The notes under the pieces: model-generated
Database searches by the model: none
What the model was told of the DNA's origin: nothing
Seen by the model: the letters and a program-made list of their open reading frames with translations, nothing else
In this document: piece after piece, positions 35,197 to 45,349 of the stretch
Layout of the letters: every line of letters starts with the position of its first letter
How positions within the stretch are numbered: the stretch's first letter is position 1
Assembly: GCA_015233405.1 (NCBI GenBank)
Contig: JADFXT010000012.1
Location: forward strand, 2,075 to 66,074
Length of the DNA: 64,000 nucleotides
Reading direction: 5' to 3'
Source of the DNA: Candidatus Omnitrophota bacterium
Lineage (GTDB): Bacteria; Omnitrophota; Gorgyraeia; Zapsychrales; Zapsychraceae
Made by a program: the position numbers and the translations under genes

Positions 35197-36378
35197 ATGA
35201 AAAAGCTGTTATTCGTAACGCATGAACAATTCTGGCCCTTAACCGGAGGGTGTACGGCTGGCAATTTTCATATTTTGAAATATCTCGCCCAAAACGGTTT
35301 CGAAGTTGCCATATCAACTCCTTTGTTCGTCGACGTTTCTTCTCTTTCCCAAAAATACGGATTTAAATTCGAATCGTTTTCTCCATACTATATGCACCGT
35401 AAGGTCAAGTTTCGGATGGTGAAGTATGTGGTATACGGGTTTTTAAGCACATTTCATCTGATAAGAGTTCTCTTTACGAATCGATATGATGTTATTTATG
35501 TCAATAATGCCATTCTTGCTTTTCCATTTATCTTTATAAAGCCTTTTCTGAAGATTCCGGTTGTCATAAGATACACGGATTTTTTAAGTGGATTTCTCGG
35601 CGAGGATAAGAAATATCCAAAACTTGTAGTTCGCTTCTTAAGGTTTTATGAATTAAGGGTCGCGGGTATTTTTGATAAGGTGTTTGTTATTACGGATAGG
35701 ATGAAGCAGTCGTTGTGTCATGCCGGCGGGATTAAGGAATCCAAAGTTATTCTGACGTTCGATGGCGTTGATGGAAATGTATTTAATCCCGGTAAACTTC
35801 CCGATGATAATCGACAAGTTATCCGTAAAAAGCTGGACATTCCTTTAGAAGCAAAGCTGGTTATGTTCCATGGGACGATAGAACCGCATCATGGGGAAGG
35901 GATCATCGTAGACATTATAAAGAAACTTTTGGAAAAAAGTGCGCAGGCGCATGTTTTGTTGATAGGGGTCGGCAGCGGCTACGATAAAATTCAGAAGGCA
36001 TTAAAAGATGATTTAAGGGTTCATATGCTGGATTTTGTATCTTATAATGAAATACCTCTTTATATTGATGCGAGCGACGTCGGAATGATCCCGTATCCTA
36101 AAAATGAATCCATGGATATGGTCTTGACGTTAAAATTGCTTGAATATTTGTCTTTGGGTGTTCGGTGCGTTACTTTTGACTTAGAGAGCATAAAAGACAC
36201 GTTTAGGAATAAGGATTTCATTAAAACGTCCAAGAATGCAGAAGAGTTTATCTTTAACATTATCGAAATGTTAGAAAAGGGCAGGTCAAAGGAGGCGATT
36301 GAGATTATTGGCCAAGGTTTTACGTGGGACAAGGTCGCAGAACGCATACGACAGGAGCTGCCAGGGGAAAGTTTTTAA
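35197..36378 (+). CDS. Glycosyltransferase, GT4 (GT-B fold) family-like
   Basis: About 390 aa with a two-Rossmann layout. C-terminal half has FHGTIEPHHG and the E..K..EYLSLG motif region typical of GT4 enzymes. Confidence 0.7.
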   Translation: MKKLLFVTHEQFWPLTGGCTAGNFHILKYLAQNGFEVAISTPLFVDVSSLSQKYGFKFESFSPYYMHRKVKFRMVKYVVYGFLSTFHLIRVLFTNRYDVIYVNNAILAFPFIFIKPFLKIPVVIRYTDFLSGFLGEDKKYPKLVVRFLRFYELRVAGIFDKVFVITDRMKQSLCHAGGIKESKVILTFDGVDGNVFNPGKLPDDNRQVIRKKLDIPLEAKLVMFHGTIEPHHGEGIIVDIIKKLLEKSAQAHVLLIGVGSGYDKIQKALKDDLRVHMLDFVSYNEIPLYIDASDVGMIPYPKNESMDMVLTLKLLEYLSLGVRCVTFDLESIKDTFRNKDFIKTSKNAEEFIFNIIEMLEKGRSKEAIEIIGQGFTWDKVAERIRQELPGESF

Positions 36379-36417
36379 TCTTCGGCGAGGTTTTTATAAA
36401 TAAGGACTCATTGAATA

Positions 36418-39087
36418 ATGAAAATTTTTAATTTTTTTTCTGCTAAAGGCCTGTTTTTATTGTTTTTTATTCTTTTTATTTTTACCCAGTATAAAGTATT
36501 CCTTTTAGGCTACCAAAACACTCACTGTGATTATTATACGTTTCTTGTCAGTCAGACATATCTCTCCCTCGAGGCTGTCTTAAATGGTTTTAGGTCTTTT
36601 TTATGGCAGCCATATGTTAATTTTGGCGAGATCCCCGCGTTTTATTTAACAGCGTATTCTCCGTTTTTGTGTTTAATTGCAAACTCCGTATCATTAGTTT
36701 TTAATTTGTTCCATATTTATCAGGACAATATTTATCCGTTGACGTATCTTTCCCAGGTGATTTTTTATTTCCTTGTTTTTGTGCTGGGTATTTATCTGAT
36801 GATCTGCGAGATCATTTCTGATAAGAAGGCGCGCTTTATTTGCTTTATTTGTGCGCTGTTTGGCGCGCATTTTTATCGATACTTTATCTGGAATGATCAT
36901 CTTGTGATGTTTCAGCCGTTTTTTTATCTATTTGTTTTTAAGATCCTGAAAGGTAATTATTCGAATCCTTGGAAGATCATCTTTTGTTTAACGATCGCTG
37001 CCTACTTGTCGTTTACCGGCGTGTATTTGGGGTTTTATTTAAATGTTCTTTTGTTTTTCTTCTTTTCTATTGTTCTGTCGTGCCTGTTAAGAATTCTTCC
37101 GGTACAGCCTCTTTTTTCTTTGATCGGGAAATTAAAGGGTTTTTCTTTTAAGCAAAATCTTCTTCTTGCGCTTGCGCTCATCATTTTATTTTTTTCTGGC
37201 CTTGCCCAAACCTTTCTTACATCGTCGAGGTTATCTGAGCTTTATGTTGTCCCAAGTAAAGGGGTCAACATGAGTAATTTTCAATATGTTGAAGCTGTTA
37301 ATCGCGCAAAGGGAAGGACCAATCTCCCTTTAATAAAAGGGTTTATGTCCGAATATTCTCCGAATAGCGGGATAGATAACTTTTTTGGGCCAATTTGTAT
37401 CCTGATTGTCTTAATTTCAATCCCCTTTATCAGAAATAGGTTCTTCTTGATCAGCATCTTTACCGGTTTTTTGAGCCTTCTTCAAACGACATCGGGAGCT
37501 GATACGAAAGTGTTATTGGATTTGTTGAGCCAAATCAATCCGCTGTTACATGTTTCTTCGAGATATCTTTATAACAATGTTATTTTCGCAATACCTTTCA
37601 TCATCGCCCTTATAGGAATAGCGTTGGAAACGTTTTTTCAATTGTTAAACAGTAAGAAATATTCCACGTATTTACTTGCCGTTGTTTTTTTATTGCTCGG
37701 CCTTGCAATATTTCTGAGGTGCAGTTATTCCCAGTCTTATTGGGCATGGATCATCACAAGTCTGTTTTTAGCGTTCATTATTTTGATCGCTAAAACTAAG
37801 TCAAATATTAAGATTTCATTTTTTCTGATAGCGTTGACTATTTTTATTCAACAATTATCCTATTCCATTCACTGGAGTTTAGATAAGGTTGGATTGTACA
37901 GCGTAAGAACTTTTTCGAAATACTATCCAAAAAAAATTGCCGTCGAGGATTCTACTATGACGAGAAAATACATTATTGCCAGTGAGCCGACGCCGCTTCT
38001 TTGCCATAGTTTTCCTTACGCTTTCAATTTTAACAATATAAATGTGACGGATTACACGCGGGCAAGTTCTAATGGGAATTTCAAATATTTTACTCCTGAT
38101 TTTGATGTCGAATTTAGGATGAAGGGATATACGATTCAAAATCTCCCTTTTCTGAAGCTTCAAAATAAGCGACTGTTTTTTGTTAACAACCTCGCTGCTG
38201 TCAATGATGAACGCGTGGCCATAAACTTAACAGCTGCTGTTTATAGACAAGAAAAGGCTGGACAGCTCGCGATTTTGTCTATTCCCAATGACGAGGCCAA
38301 TAAACTGAAAGATTCTGTCGCTAAGAAATATCCTGCACCTTTTGGCTTTTTTGATTTAACCTTTTTAAGAAAGGAAGATGTAAAGAATGTGGGAGAGTTG
38401 CCTTTTCGGCTTTCGACTACAAAAAGTGTTTACGATAAAGAAATTGATGAGATGCGCATTGATTTAAACGGCCGCGTTTTTCAAATACGCAATGTGAATG
38501 GAATAAAAATGAAGTTTTATGACATAAAGCTTCCGGAATCGTTTCCCAAATATCTCAATACGAACTTTTTAAATAGCGATTATAAAAATATTGTTTTATC
38601 GGATTCTCAAGGGAAAACCTATCTTCCGACGTATTTTAATGATTTCTCAACTCCCAATCGATTTCAAATATCTTATAAGAATTACCGGCGTATGACTTTG
38701 GCCGTTGCGGACGATGCCCCGCCCGCACAATTGGTTTTGAGATGGGTTGATTATTTTAAGAAAGAGGGGATAAAGATCGTCAATTTTAATAACGACAGAC
38801 TTGAGCTTGAGACCAATTTAGAGGATAATAAATTTCTGGTTTTCGCCGACAGGTTTGCTCAAAGATGGCATTTTTATCTAGATGGCAAACCTGATACGAT
38901 TTATCGGACAAATTTGATATTTAAAGGGGTTTTTGTTCCCAAGGGAACGCATAAGCTGGTATTTCAATATGAAGACCCGGTTTTATTATTTACTGTTTTT
39001 ATTGTTTCTTTAGCCCATCTTGGTGGTATATTCTTTGTCGCCGGATATCTTTGCCGGCAAAAAGACCCGGAAAACATAAAATTATGA
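36418..39087 (+). CDS. Large polytopic membrane protein, YfhO-like GT-C candidate
   Basis: About 480 aa with more than 12 TM helices followed by a roughly 400-aa soluble domain. The C-terminus WHFYLDGKPDTIYRTNLIFKGVFVPKGTHKLVFQYEDP plus a final TM resembles YfhO-family ends. Confidence 0.5.
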   Translation: MKIFNFFSAKGLFLLFFILFIFTQYKVFLLGYQNTHCDYYTFLVSQTYLSLEAVLNGFRSFLWQPYVNFGEIPAFYLTAYSPFLCLIANSVSLVFNLFHIYQDNIYPLTYLSQVIFYFLVFVLGIYLMICEIISDKKARFICFICALFGAHFYRYFIWNDHLVMFQPFFYLFVFKILKGNYSNPWKIIFCLTIAAYLSFTGVYLGFYLNVLLFFFFSIVLSCLLRILPVQPLFSLIGKLKGFSFKQNLLLALALIILFFSGLAQTFLTSSRLSELYVVPSKGVNMSNFQYVEAVNRAKGRTNLPLIKGFMSEYSPNSGIDNFFGPICILIVLISIPFIRNRFFLISIFTGFLSLLQTTSGADTKVLLDLLSQINPLLHVSSRYLYNNVIFAIPFIIALIGIALETFFQLLNSKKYSTYLLAVVFLLLGLAIFLRCSYSQSYWAWIITSLFLAFIILIAKTKSNIKISFFLIALTIFIQQLSYSIHWSLDKVGLYSVRTFSKYYPKKIAVEDSTMTRKYIIASEPTPLLCHSFPYAFNFNNINVTDYTRASSNGNFKYFTPDFDVEFRMKGYTIQNLPFLKLQNKRLFFVNNLAAVNDERVAINLTAAVYRQEKAGQLAILSIPNDEANKLKDSVAKKYPAPFGFFDLTFLRKEDVKNVGELPFRLSTTKSVYDKEIDEMRIDLNGRVFQIRNVNGIKMKFYDIKLPESFPKYLNTNFLNSDYKNIVLSDSQGKTYLPTYFNDFSTPNRFQISYKNYRRMTLAVADDAPPAQLVLRWVDYFKKEGIKIVNFNNDRLELETNLEDNKFLVFADRFAQRWHFYLDGKPDTIYRTNLIFKGVFVPKGTHKLVFQYEDPVLLFTVFIVSLAHLGGIFFVAGYLCRQKDPENIKL

Positions 39088-40046
39088 GTATTTTAAATAG
39101 AATAAAAATTTTAACGGATTTTATCAGCCGAAAAGACCTTGTCAGCGGATTTCCTGTTGAAATCGGCATCGAGATGACAAATCGTTGCAATTTAAAATGT
39201 AAGATGTGCGCCCGGGAGACCATGACCAGGCCTGTTGGGGACATGCCGCTTGGTTTATTAAAAAAGATCGTCGATGAAGTCAAGCCTTATGCGGAAATGG
39301 TTTATTTACACGGCGACGGAGAGCCGCTACTTCATAAACAAATTTTTGAAGCCATTGAATATGTCAAGAAGAGCAATCTTAAAGTCGGATTGTCCAGCAA
39401 CGCAACGCTTTTAGATGAACCGATCGCTCACAGACTCATTGATTCAAAATTGGATTATTTGATCCTGGCTTTGGACGGGGCGACAAAAGAGACCTACGAG
39501 AAGATAAGGGTCAATGGACGCTTCGAGCAAGTGGTAGAAAACGTAGAGAGGTTTCTCGCCTTAAAACGGGCAAAGCGCAGTAATATGTATGTTTTAATAC
39601 AATTTATTGTGATGGAGGAAAACAAAAAAGAAATAAAGGCATTTGCCGACTATTGGAAGAAATTTAAACCTGACATTATCAGGTTTAAGCCTTATGTGGA
39701 CTTATTCGGCACAAAATCGTCGACGCAATTTTCTTTGCCCTGTTTTTATCTTTGGCGGCAGACGATGATCGATTGGGACGGCACGGTGTTCCCCTGCTGT
39801 GTGGACACAAACTCCAGCCATCGTTTAGGTAATGTATCTGAAGCCAGCCTAATGAGCATATGGAATGGGCCGGCTCTTCGAGACCTGAGAAAAAAGCATA
39901 TTTTAGGTAAACAGAATCAAATAGATATTTGTCGAAATTGTGACATGTATCAATTTAGCTATGAGTCTCTTGTCGCGGTCTCTTTGATTAATGGATATCA
40001 GGTCAAGAAGTATTTGCCTTATTGGGAGAATCTAACCCGAACTTAG
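39084..40046 (+). CDS. Radical SAM / SPASM-domain protein
   Basis: CxxxCxxC as NRCNLKCKMCARE. C-terminal Cys cluster CFYLW..FPCCVD..CRNCDMY. ATGA overlap with the upstream gene. Confidence 0.8.
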   Translation: MSILNRIKILTDFISRKDLVSGFPVEIGIEMTNRCNLKCKMCARETMTRPVGDMPLGLLKKIVDEVKPYAEMVYLHGDGEPLLHKQIFEAIEYVKKSNLKVGLSSNATLLDEPIAHRLIDSKLDYLILALDGATKETYEKIRVNGRFEQVVENVERFLALKRAKRSNMYVLIQFIVMEENKKEIKAFADYWKKFKPDIIRFKPYVDLFGTKSSTQFSLPCFYLWRQTMIDWDGTVFPCCVDTNSSHRLGNVSEASLMSIWNGPALRDLRKKHILGKQNQIDICRNCDMYQFSYESLVAVSLINGYQVKKYLPYWENLTRT

Positions 40047-40070
40047 CCTTTGTTTAGAGGAGACAATGAA

Positions 40071-40820
40071 ATGGAAAAAGCGCTAATAATAATTCCGACG
40101 TATAACGAAAATGAAAATATCGTTAATTTGATGCCGGCGATTTTTAATGAGGTCGTCAATAATGAATTTAATTTGGAATATCATATTCTCATCGTCGATG
40201 ACAACTCAAAAGACGGCACGCAGGAAACCGTGGAGGCTTACGGTAAAAAGTTTCCGGTGTTTATTCTGAAAAGAAAAGAGAAGCTTGGGCTTGGGACTGC
40301 CTATATTGAAGGTTTTAAATGGGCGTTAAAGAGCGATTATCAATATATTTATGAAATGGACGCGGATTGGTCTCACGATCCAAAGTATTTGTTGTTGTTT
40401 ATCCGAAACATGCGGCAGAACAATTCGTTTTGCGTGATTGGGTCGCGGTTTTATGAATGGCGCGTTTCTGTCGTCAATTGGGAATTGAAAAGATTAATCT
40501 TAAGCCTTTTAGGACACAGGTATGTGCGGGTTGTTCTGGGCAATATGAATATTTATGATACGACGTCCGGGTTTAAATGTTTCCGTCGGGAAGCCATCGA
40601 ATCCATGAATTTGGACAACATAAAATCCAACGGGTATATTTTTCAGCTGGAATTAAATTACCGGCTTTTTAAAAAGAAACTTAAAATCACAGAAATTCCC
40701 ATTATCTTTAAAGACAGATTTTTCGGCAAATCAAAAATGTCGGCCTCTATCATTCACGAAGGGTTATGGCTGCCACTTAAATTAAAAGTGTTTTCTATTC
40801 TTCAAGGGAAAAAATTCTAA
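40071..40820 (+). CDS. GT2 polyprenyl-phosphate sugar synthase (Dpm1/GtrB/CsbB-like)
   Basis: IIIPTYNENENI, VDDNSKDGT, EMDADWSHDP (DxD). ATG 40071 follows AGGAG. Confidence 0.8.
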   Translation: MEKALIIIPTYNENENIVNLMPAIFNEVVNNEFNLEYHILIVDDNSKDGTQETVEAYGKKFPVFILKRKEKLGLGTAYIEGFKWALKSDYQYIYEMDADWSHDPKYLLLFIRNMRQNNSFCVIGSRFYEWRVSVVNWELKRLILSLLGHRYVRVVLGNMNIYDTTSGFKCFRREAIESMNLDNIKSNGYIFQLELNYRLFKKKLKITEIPIIFKDRFFGKSKMSASIIHEGLWLPLKLKVFSILQGKKF

Positions 40821-40843
40821 TTTATCTACCTCAGAAAGCTTTT

Positions 40844-42328
40844 ATGAAAATTGTGCTTGCTAATTTAAGTGGCGTTCAGAAGTTGTCCGACGGGCGGATT
40901 CGACATTTCGTGAAAGCGGGTTCTCGCTGGCCTATGACCATCGGATATGCTAAACACGTCGATTATTATCCTTTTCCGTTTTATCTCGCCTATGCGACAG
41001 CGCTTTTGAAGAAAACCTTTGGTCCTGCTGACGTCGAAGGGATTGATGGCGTCGCCAATGACTATGACGAAGAGGAATTGTTTAAGGAAATAGAAAAACG
41101 GCGTCCGGAGATTTTTATCGCGGAAGTGACGCTTATAACGCTTAAAGATGACCTGGCGTTTATTAAAAAGGTAAAAGATAAGCTCCAATGCGTGGTCATC
41201 GTTGTTGGTGTTTATGTGTCGTCTTTTCAGGAAAAAGTTTTAGAGTCAAATCCGTCGATTGATTATGCTATCTACGGCGAATATGAGTTGTCTTTAAAAG
41301 AGTTGGTGGACGGCATTATCACGAAAAGAGACCTTAAACAAATTCCTGGCATTATATTAAGAGATAAAGGCGCCATAGTTAAACATCCCCAACGGGCAGC
41401 CATATCCGATCTTAATCTTTTGCCCTTTCCTGATCGAAAGAATTTTCCCATATCCATGTATGCGGATTTTTCTATGCATTTCCCGTGCGTCAGCATTATG
41501 GCCAGCCGCGGCTGTCCGGCGGGATGTGTTTATTGCGTGGAGCGGCATGTCACTTATGCGTCTGGGAAATATAGGATGAGAGATTATCGGTCTGTGGTTG
41601 ATGAGATGGAAGAGTGTAAACGCTCTTATGGGGCAAAACAATTTTATTTTGATGACCAGAGTTTTGTCGTCAATAAGGAATACGTTACCAAGCTTTGTGA
41701 AGAAATGAAGAGAAGAAATCTCAATGTGCCATGGACGTGCATGGGGGATGCCATGTTTTTGGATTATGAAACCCTTAAGATGATGGCTGCGGCCGGCTGT
41801 ATTGGTATGAAGTTCGGCGTAGAGTCCGCCAATGCCGAGATTCTGAAAGGCATTCACAAGCCGCTCAATGTGGAGAAGTCTAAAGAGGTTGCCCGGTGGT
41901 GTAGAAACTTAGGGATCATGACACATGCGACGTTCTGCATCGGCCTGCCGGATGAGACGGAAGAGACTATTCAAGAAACCATTGATTTAATAAAGAACCT
42001 CGACGTGGATAGCGCGCAGGTCTCAAAAGCTGTTCCTTATCCCGGAACGCCGTTTTATGATTGGGCCAAATCCAAGGGGTATTTGGTTACCAATGATTTG
42101 GACCTCTATGACGGCATGGCAAAATCGGTTTTAAGTTATCCCAATCTTCCCGCCGCACGAATTGATTTTTGGTATGAAAAAATATCCAAGATGGTTTCAA
42201 GAAAAAAGCTGCTGCATTATCTAAAACACCCGTTTAGTTCCATATCCATGATTTTTTATATGTTTAAAAAGAACGGATGGAAGATGTCGGTTCAATCTAT
42301 GGCCACATTCTTAAAGCGGAGTTATTAA
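40844..42328 (+). CDS. B12-binding-domain radical SAM protein (A)
   Basis: SRGCPAGCVYCVE. N-terminal Rossmann-like region (VVIVVGVYVS). GSRWP motif near the N-terminus. Confidence 0.8.
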   Translation: MKIVLANLSGVQKLSDGRIRHFVKAGSRWPMTIGYAKHVDYYPFPFYLAYATALLKKTFGPADVEGIDGVANDYDEEELFKEIEKRRPEIFIAEVTLITLKDDLAFIKKVKDKLQCVVIVVGVYVSSFQEKVLESNPSIDYAIYGEYELSLKELVDGIITKRDLKQIPGIILRDKGAIVKHPQRAAISDLNLLPFPDRKNFPISMYADFSMHFPCVSIMASRGCPAGCVYCVERHVTYASGKYRMRDYRSVVDEMEECKRSYGAKQFYFDDQSFVVNKEYVTKLCEEMKRRNLNVPWTCMGDAMFLDYETLKMMAAAGCIGMKFGVESANAEILKGIHKPLNVEKSKEVARWCRNLGIMTHATFCIGLPDETEETIQETIDLIKNLDVDSAQVSKAVPYPGTPFYDWAKSKGYLVTNDLDLYDGMAKSVLSYPNLPAARIDFWYEKISKMVSRKKLLHYLKHPFSSISMIFYMFKKNGWKMSVQSMATFLKRSY

Positions 42329-42402
42329 TTGGACAAAGACAGAAACGATAACTCTCTGGAAAACTAATTAGATTGCAATCATATTTCATAGGAATCTGAC
42401 AA

Positions 42403-43836
42403 ATGGCAAAAATTATTTTTTTTCAAGATGTCCCGTTTGAATCATTTGGGCTGGAATTCATTTCCGGATATTTGAAATCCAAAGGACATTCAGTAGATCT
42501 TATCATTTTAAATCAAGAGCCCCGGCGTTTTGACCCTATTTCTTATCTTATCCATGAAGGACCTGATGTCGTGGGTTTTTCTATTACGACAATTGACCGT
42601 CAATGGTCTACTGCCTTAGCCAGAAGAATAAAAAAAGAACCTAAGCTCCAAAACATCCTAACAGTTTTTGGAGGAGCTCACCCGACGGCCTTTCCAGATA
42701 TGATTAAGGAAGACGATGGGGTGGATATAGTCTGTGTTGGGGAAGGAGAGTATGCTTTAGAAGAGTTATTATCTAACATCGACAAGAAAATTAAGGATCA
42801 CCAGAACATTCTTAACCTTCAAGTTAAAAAAGATGGACGCATTTACACTAATCCTTTACGTTCTTTGATAGCGGATCACGATAGCATGCCCTTCCCTGAT
42901 AGAGAAATTTATTACAAATACCCTTTGCTAAGGAATATGTCGACAAAGAAATTCTTTTCAAGAAGGGGATGCCCCTATCAATGCACCTTTTGTAATAATC
43001 ATTATTATCAGAAATTATTTTCCGGTTTAGGGAAGTATGTTTCTTACCGAAGCCCTGAAAAAATAATTGAGGAAATCAAGAGCGTCCGTCATAAATATGG
43101 GTTTAAATATGTCTATCTTGCAGCGGAAACTTTGACAACTAATCATGAATGGCTAACGAAGTTTTTGGAATTATATAAGAAAGAAATATGCGTTCCTTTC
43201 TCTTGTTTATCCCGAGCAAACGAACTTAATGAAGATATCGTTAAAAAATTAGCTGATGCAGGATGCTATTTTACATCTTTTGGGCTTGAAAGTGGCAGCG
43301 AGAGGATAAGAAATCAAGTATATGGGCGAAACATGAGCAATGAAACGTTGCTCAAGGCGGGAGAATTGCTTCATAAACATAAGATAAAATTCCTAATACA
43401 TCAGATTTTTGTTGGCCCGACAGAGACGATTGATGAGGCGTTTGAAACTATTGCTATGGATATAAAAATGAAGGCTGATTCCACCTGGAATACAATTTTT
43501 CAGCCTATGTTGGGGACCGAAGCTTATAATTATTGTCGAAATAATAAATTATTGGCCTCAGAAAACCTTGTGGAAAATGTTGATAGTCTTTATAATGTGA
43601 GCACCCTTAAACAACCGAATGTTCACGAGATATCAAATTTACAAAAATTAGTCTATCTGTGTTTGAAATTCCCCAAGCTCGTTCCTTTCATAAGGAAAAT
43701 AATCAAGTGGCCCTGTAATCCGTTGTTTGAGTTCGTTTCAAAATGGAACATGTTGATAAGTTATCGCCTTCGTTATCGTTTAGGATATTGGGAAATGTTG
43801 AAGGCATATCTAGGCTCCAATAAGCGTTTTGGCTAA
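42403..43836 (+). CDS. B12-binding-domain radical SAM protein (B)
   Basis: SRRGCPYQCTFCNN. N-terminal VVGFSITT..VFGGAHPT..VCVGEGE. Confidence 0.8.
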   Translation: MAKIIFFQDVPFESFGLEFISGYLKSKGHSVDLIILNQEPRRFDPISYLIHEGPDVVGFSITTIDRQWSTALARRIKKEPKLQNILTVFGGAHPTAFPDMIKEDDGVDIVCVGEGEYALEELLSNIDKKIKDHQNILNLQVKKDGRIYTNPLRSLIADHDSMPFPDREIYYKYPLLRNMSTKKFFSRRGCPYQCTFCNNHYYQKLFSGLGKYVSYRSPEKIIEEIKSVRHKYGFKYVYLAAETLTTNHEWLTKFLELYKKEICVPFSCLSRANELNEDIVKKLADAGCYFTSFGLESGSERIRNQVYGRNMSNETLLKAGELLHKHKIKFLIHQIFVGPTETIDEAFETIAMDIKMKADSTWNTIFQPMLGTEAYNYCRNNKLLASENLVENVDSLYNVSTLKQPNVHEISNLQKLVYLCLKFPKLVPFIRKIIKWPCNPLFEFVSKWNMLISYRLRYRLGYWEMLKAYLGSNKRFG

Positions 43837-43960
43837 TTCGAAAATTTAATGTGCTGAAGAAGTATGTTTTTGGGCGGTTATATCGAAAAATTTTAATTTT
43901 TTTTAATCGTTATAGAAAAAAGGATCTGAGTTTTAACGCCAGCAAGATCTCAGTTGAAGC

Positions 43961-45340
43961 ATGAAAATAATCTTAATAAACGCTCCTGTTGAAAAGATCG
44001 TTGAAGAATATGACGCGCCTAAATATCCGCATATCGGCTTAGCGTATTTAGCCACCTATGCTAATAAAAACGGGCTTGATGTCAGCGTTATAGATTGTAA
44101 GTTTGAACGGCTGACTATCGGTGATTTGATCGTCCGACTTCAAACGTGCAAAGATAAGGATCTGGTGGTGGGGTTAACCGCAATGACCCATGAGATCGTT
44201 AGAAATGCTTTTGTCGCCCGCGAATTAAAAAAGAATTTCCCTGGGATAAAGATCATTATCGGCGGAGTTCATGTTTCGGCTTTGCCAGAAGAGACACTCA
44301 AAGAGTTTAACACTTTTGATCTGGGGATTGTCGGCGAGGGAGAAAAAACATTTGTTGAACTCGTCGAATCGCTAAAGGGCAAGAATGTTTTACGCGACGT
44401 TAAAGGAATCGTCTATCGAGAAGGAAATAAAATCCTCTTAACCGAAGAAAGAGGATGGATAGAGGATTTGGATGAGATTGGATATCCGGACTGGGAGTTA
44501 TTCCCTCGAGCGAAAGAGTATCCTATAAATATCGGCAGAGGCTGCCCGGTGCCGTGTATTTTTTGTATGCGGGCGTCTGGGAAAAAGAGTCGATATCGTT
44601 CAGCCAAGAATATTTTAGAAGAGCTCGAAGTTTTGAATACGCGCTATACGGCAACGATGGTTCATTTTTTCGGAGATGATTTTGCCGCCGACAAGAATTT
44701 GACCGAACAAATATTGGATGGTCTTATCAAAATGAGGCCAGTGTTTCAATGGCGCGCCGGGATGCGCGTCTCGAACATCAATAAAGACCTTTTAGAAAAG
44801 ATGAAGAAGGCAAATTGTGAACACTTTGAGTTTGGGGTGGAATCCGGCAACAAGGAGATTTTAAAAATCATTAAAAAAGGTATCGTCTTAGAAAAGGTCG
44901 AAGAGGTTATCAAATTATCGAAAGAGGTCGGATTGGATTGCTGGTGCTACTTTATTTTGGGACATCCAAATGAGAATTGGAATACGGCGATGGATACGCT
45001 CAATTTTTTACGCAAGATCAATCCTAAGAACGCGGCTGTGGGGATCATGGTGCCGTATCCGGGGACCGAGGTTTGGTCCATGGCACTAAAAGGGGAAGGC
45101 GGATATAAATTATTATCGAGAAATTGGCAAGATTACAATAAGCAGATCGGTAATGCGTTAGAATTGGCAGAGCTTTCCCGTCGTCAATTAGAGTTTTTAC
45201 AGATGTATGCGTACATAAAACTTTTTTTATTTAATCTTCGGTTAGGTGAGTTTCTGGAATTCTGTTGGCATTATAGGCGAGAGGGGATGAGTTTCCTTCG
45301 AAATTATTTTATTAAATCGTTAAGGCTTCAGAAGCATTAA
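43961..45340 (+). CDS. B12-binding-domain radical SAM protein (C)
   Basis: GRGCPVPCIFCMR. N-terminal VVGLTAMT..IIGGVHVS..GIVGEGE. Confidence 0.8.
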   Translation: MKIILINAPVEKIVEEYDAPKYPHIGLAYLATYANKNGLDVSVIDCKFERLTIGDLIVRLQTCKDKDLVVGLTAMTHEIVRNAFVARELKKNFPGIKIIIGGVHVSALPEETLKEFNTFDLGIVGEGEKTFVELVESLKGKNVLRDVKGIVYREGNKILLTEERGWIEDLDEIGYPDWELFPRAKEYPINIGRGCPVPCIFCMRASGKKSRYRSAKNILEELEVLNTRYTATMVHFFGDDFAADKNLTEQILDGLIKMRPVFQWRAGMRVSNINKDLLEKMKKANCEHFEFGVESGNKEILKIIKKGIVLEKVEEVIKLSKEVGLDCWCYFILGHPNENWNTAMDTLNFLRKINPKNAAVGIMVPYPGTEVWSMALKGEGGYKLLSRNWQDYNKQIGNALELAELSRRQLEFLQMYAYIKLFLFNLRLGEFLEFCWHYRREGMSFLRNYFIKSLRLQKH

Positions 45341-45349
45341 AGGGAGTTT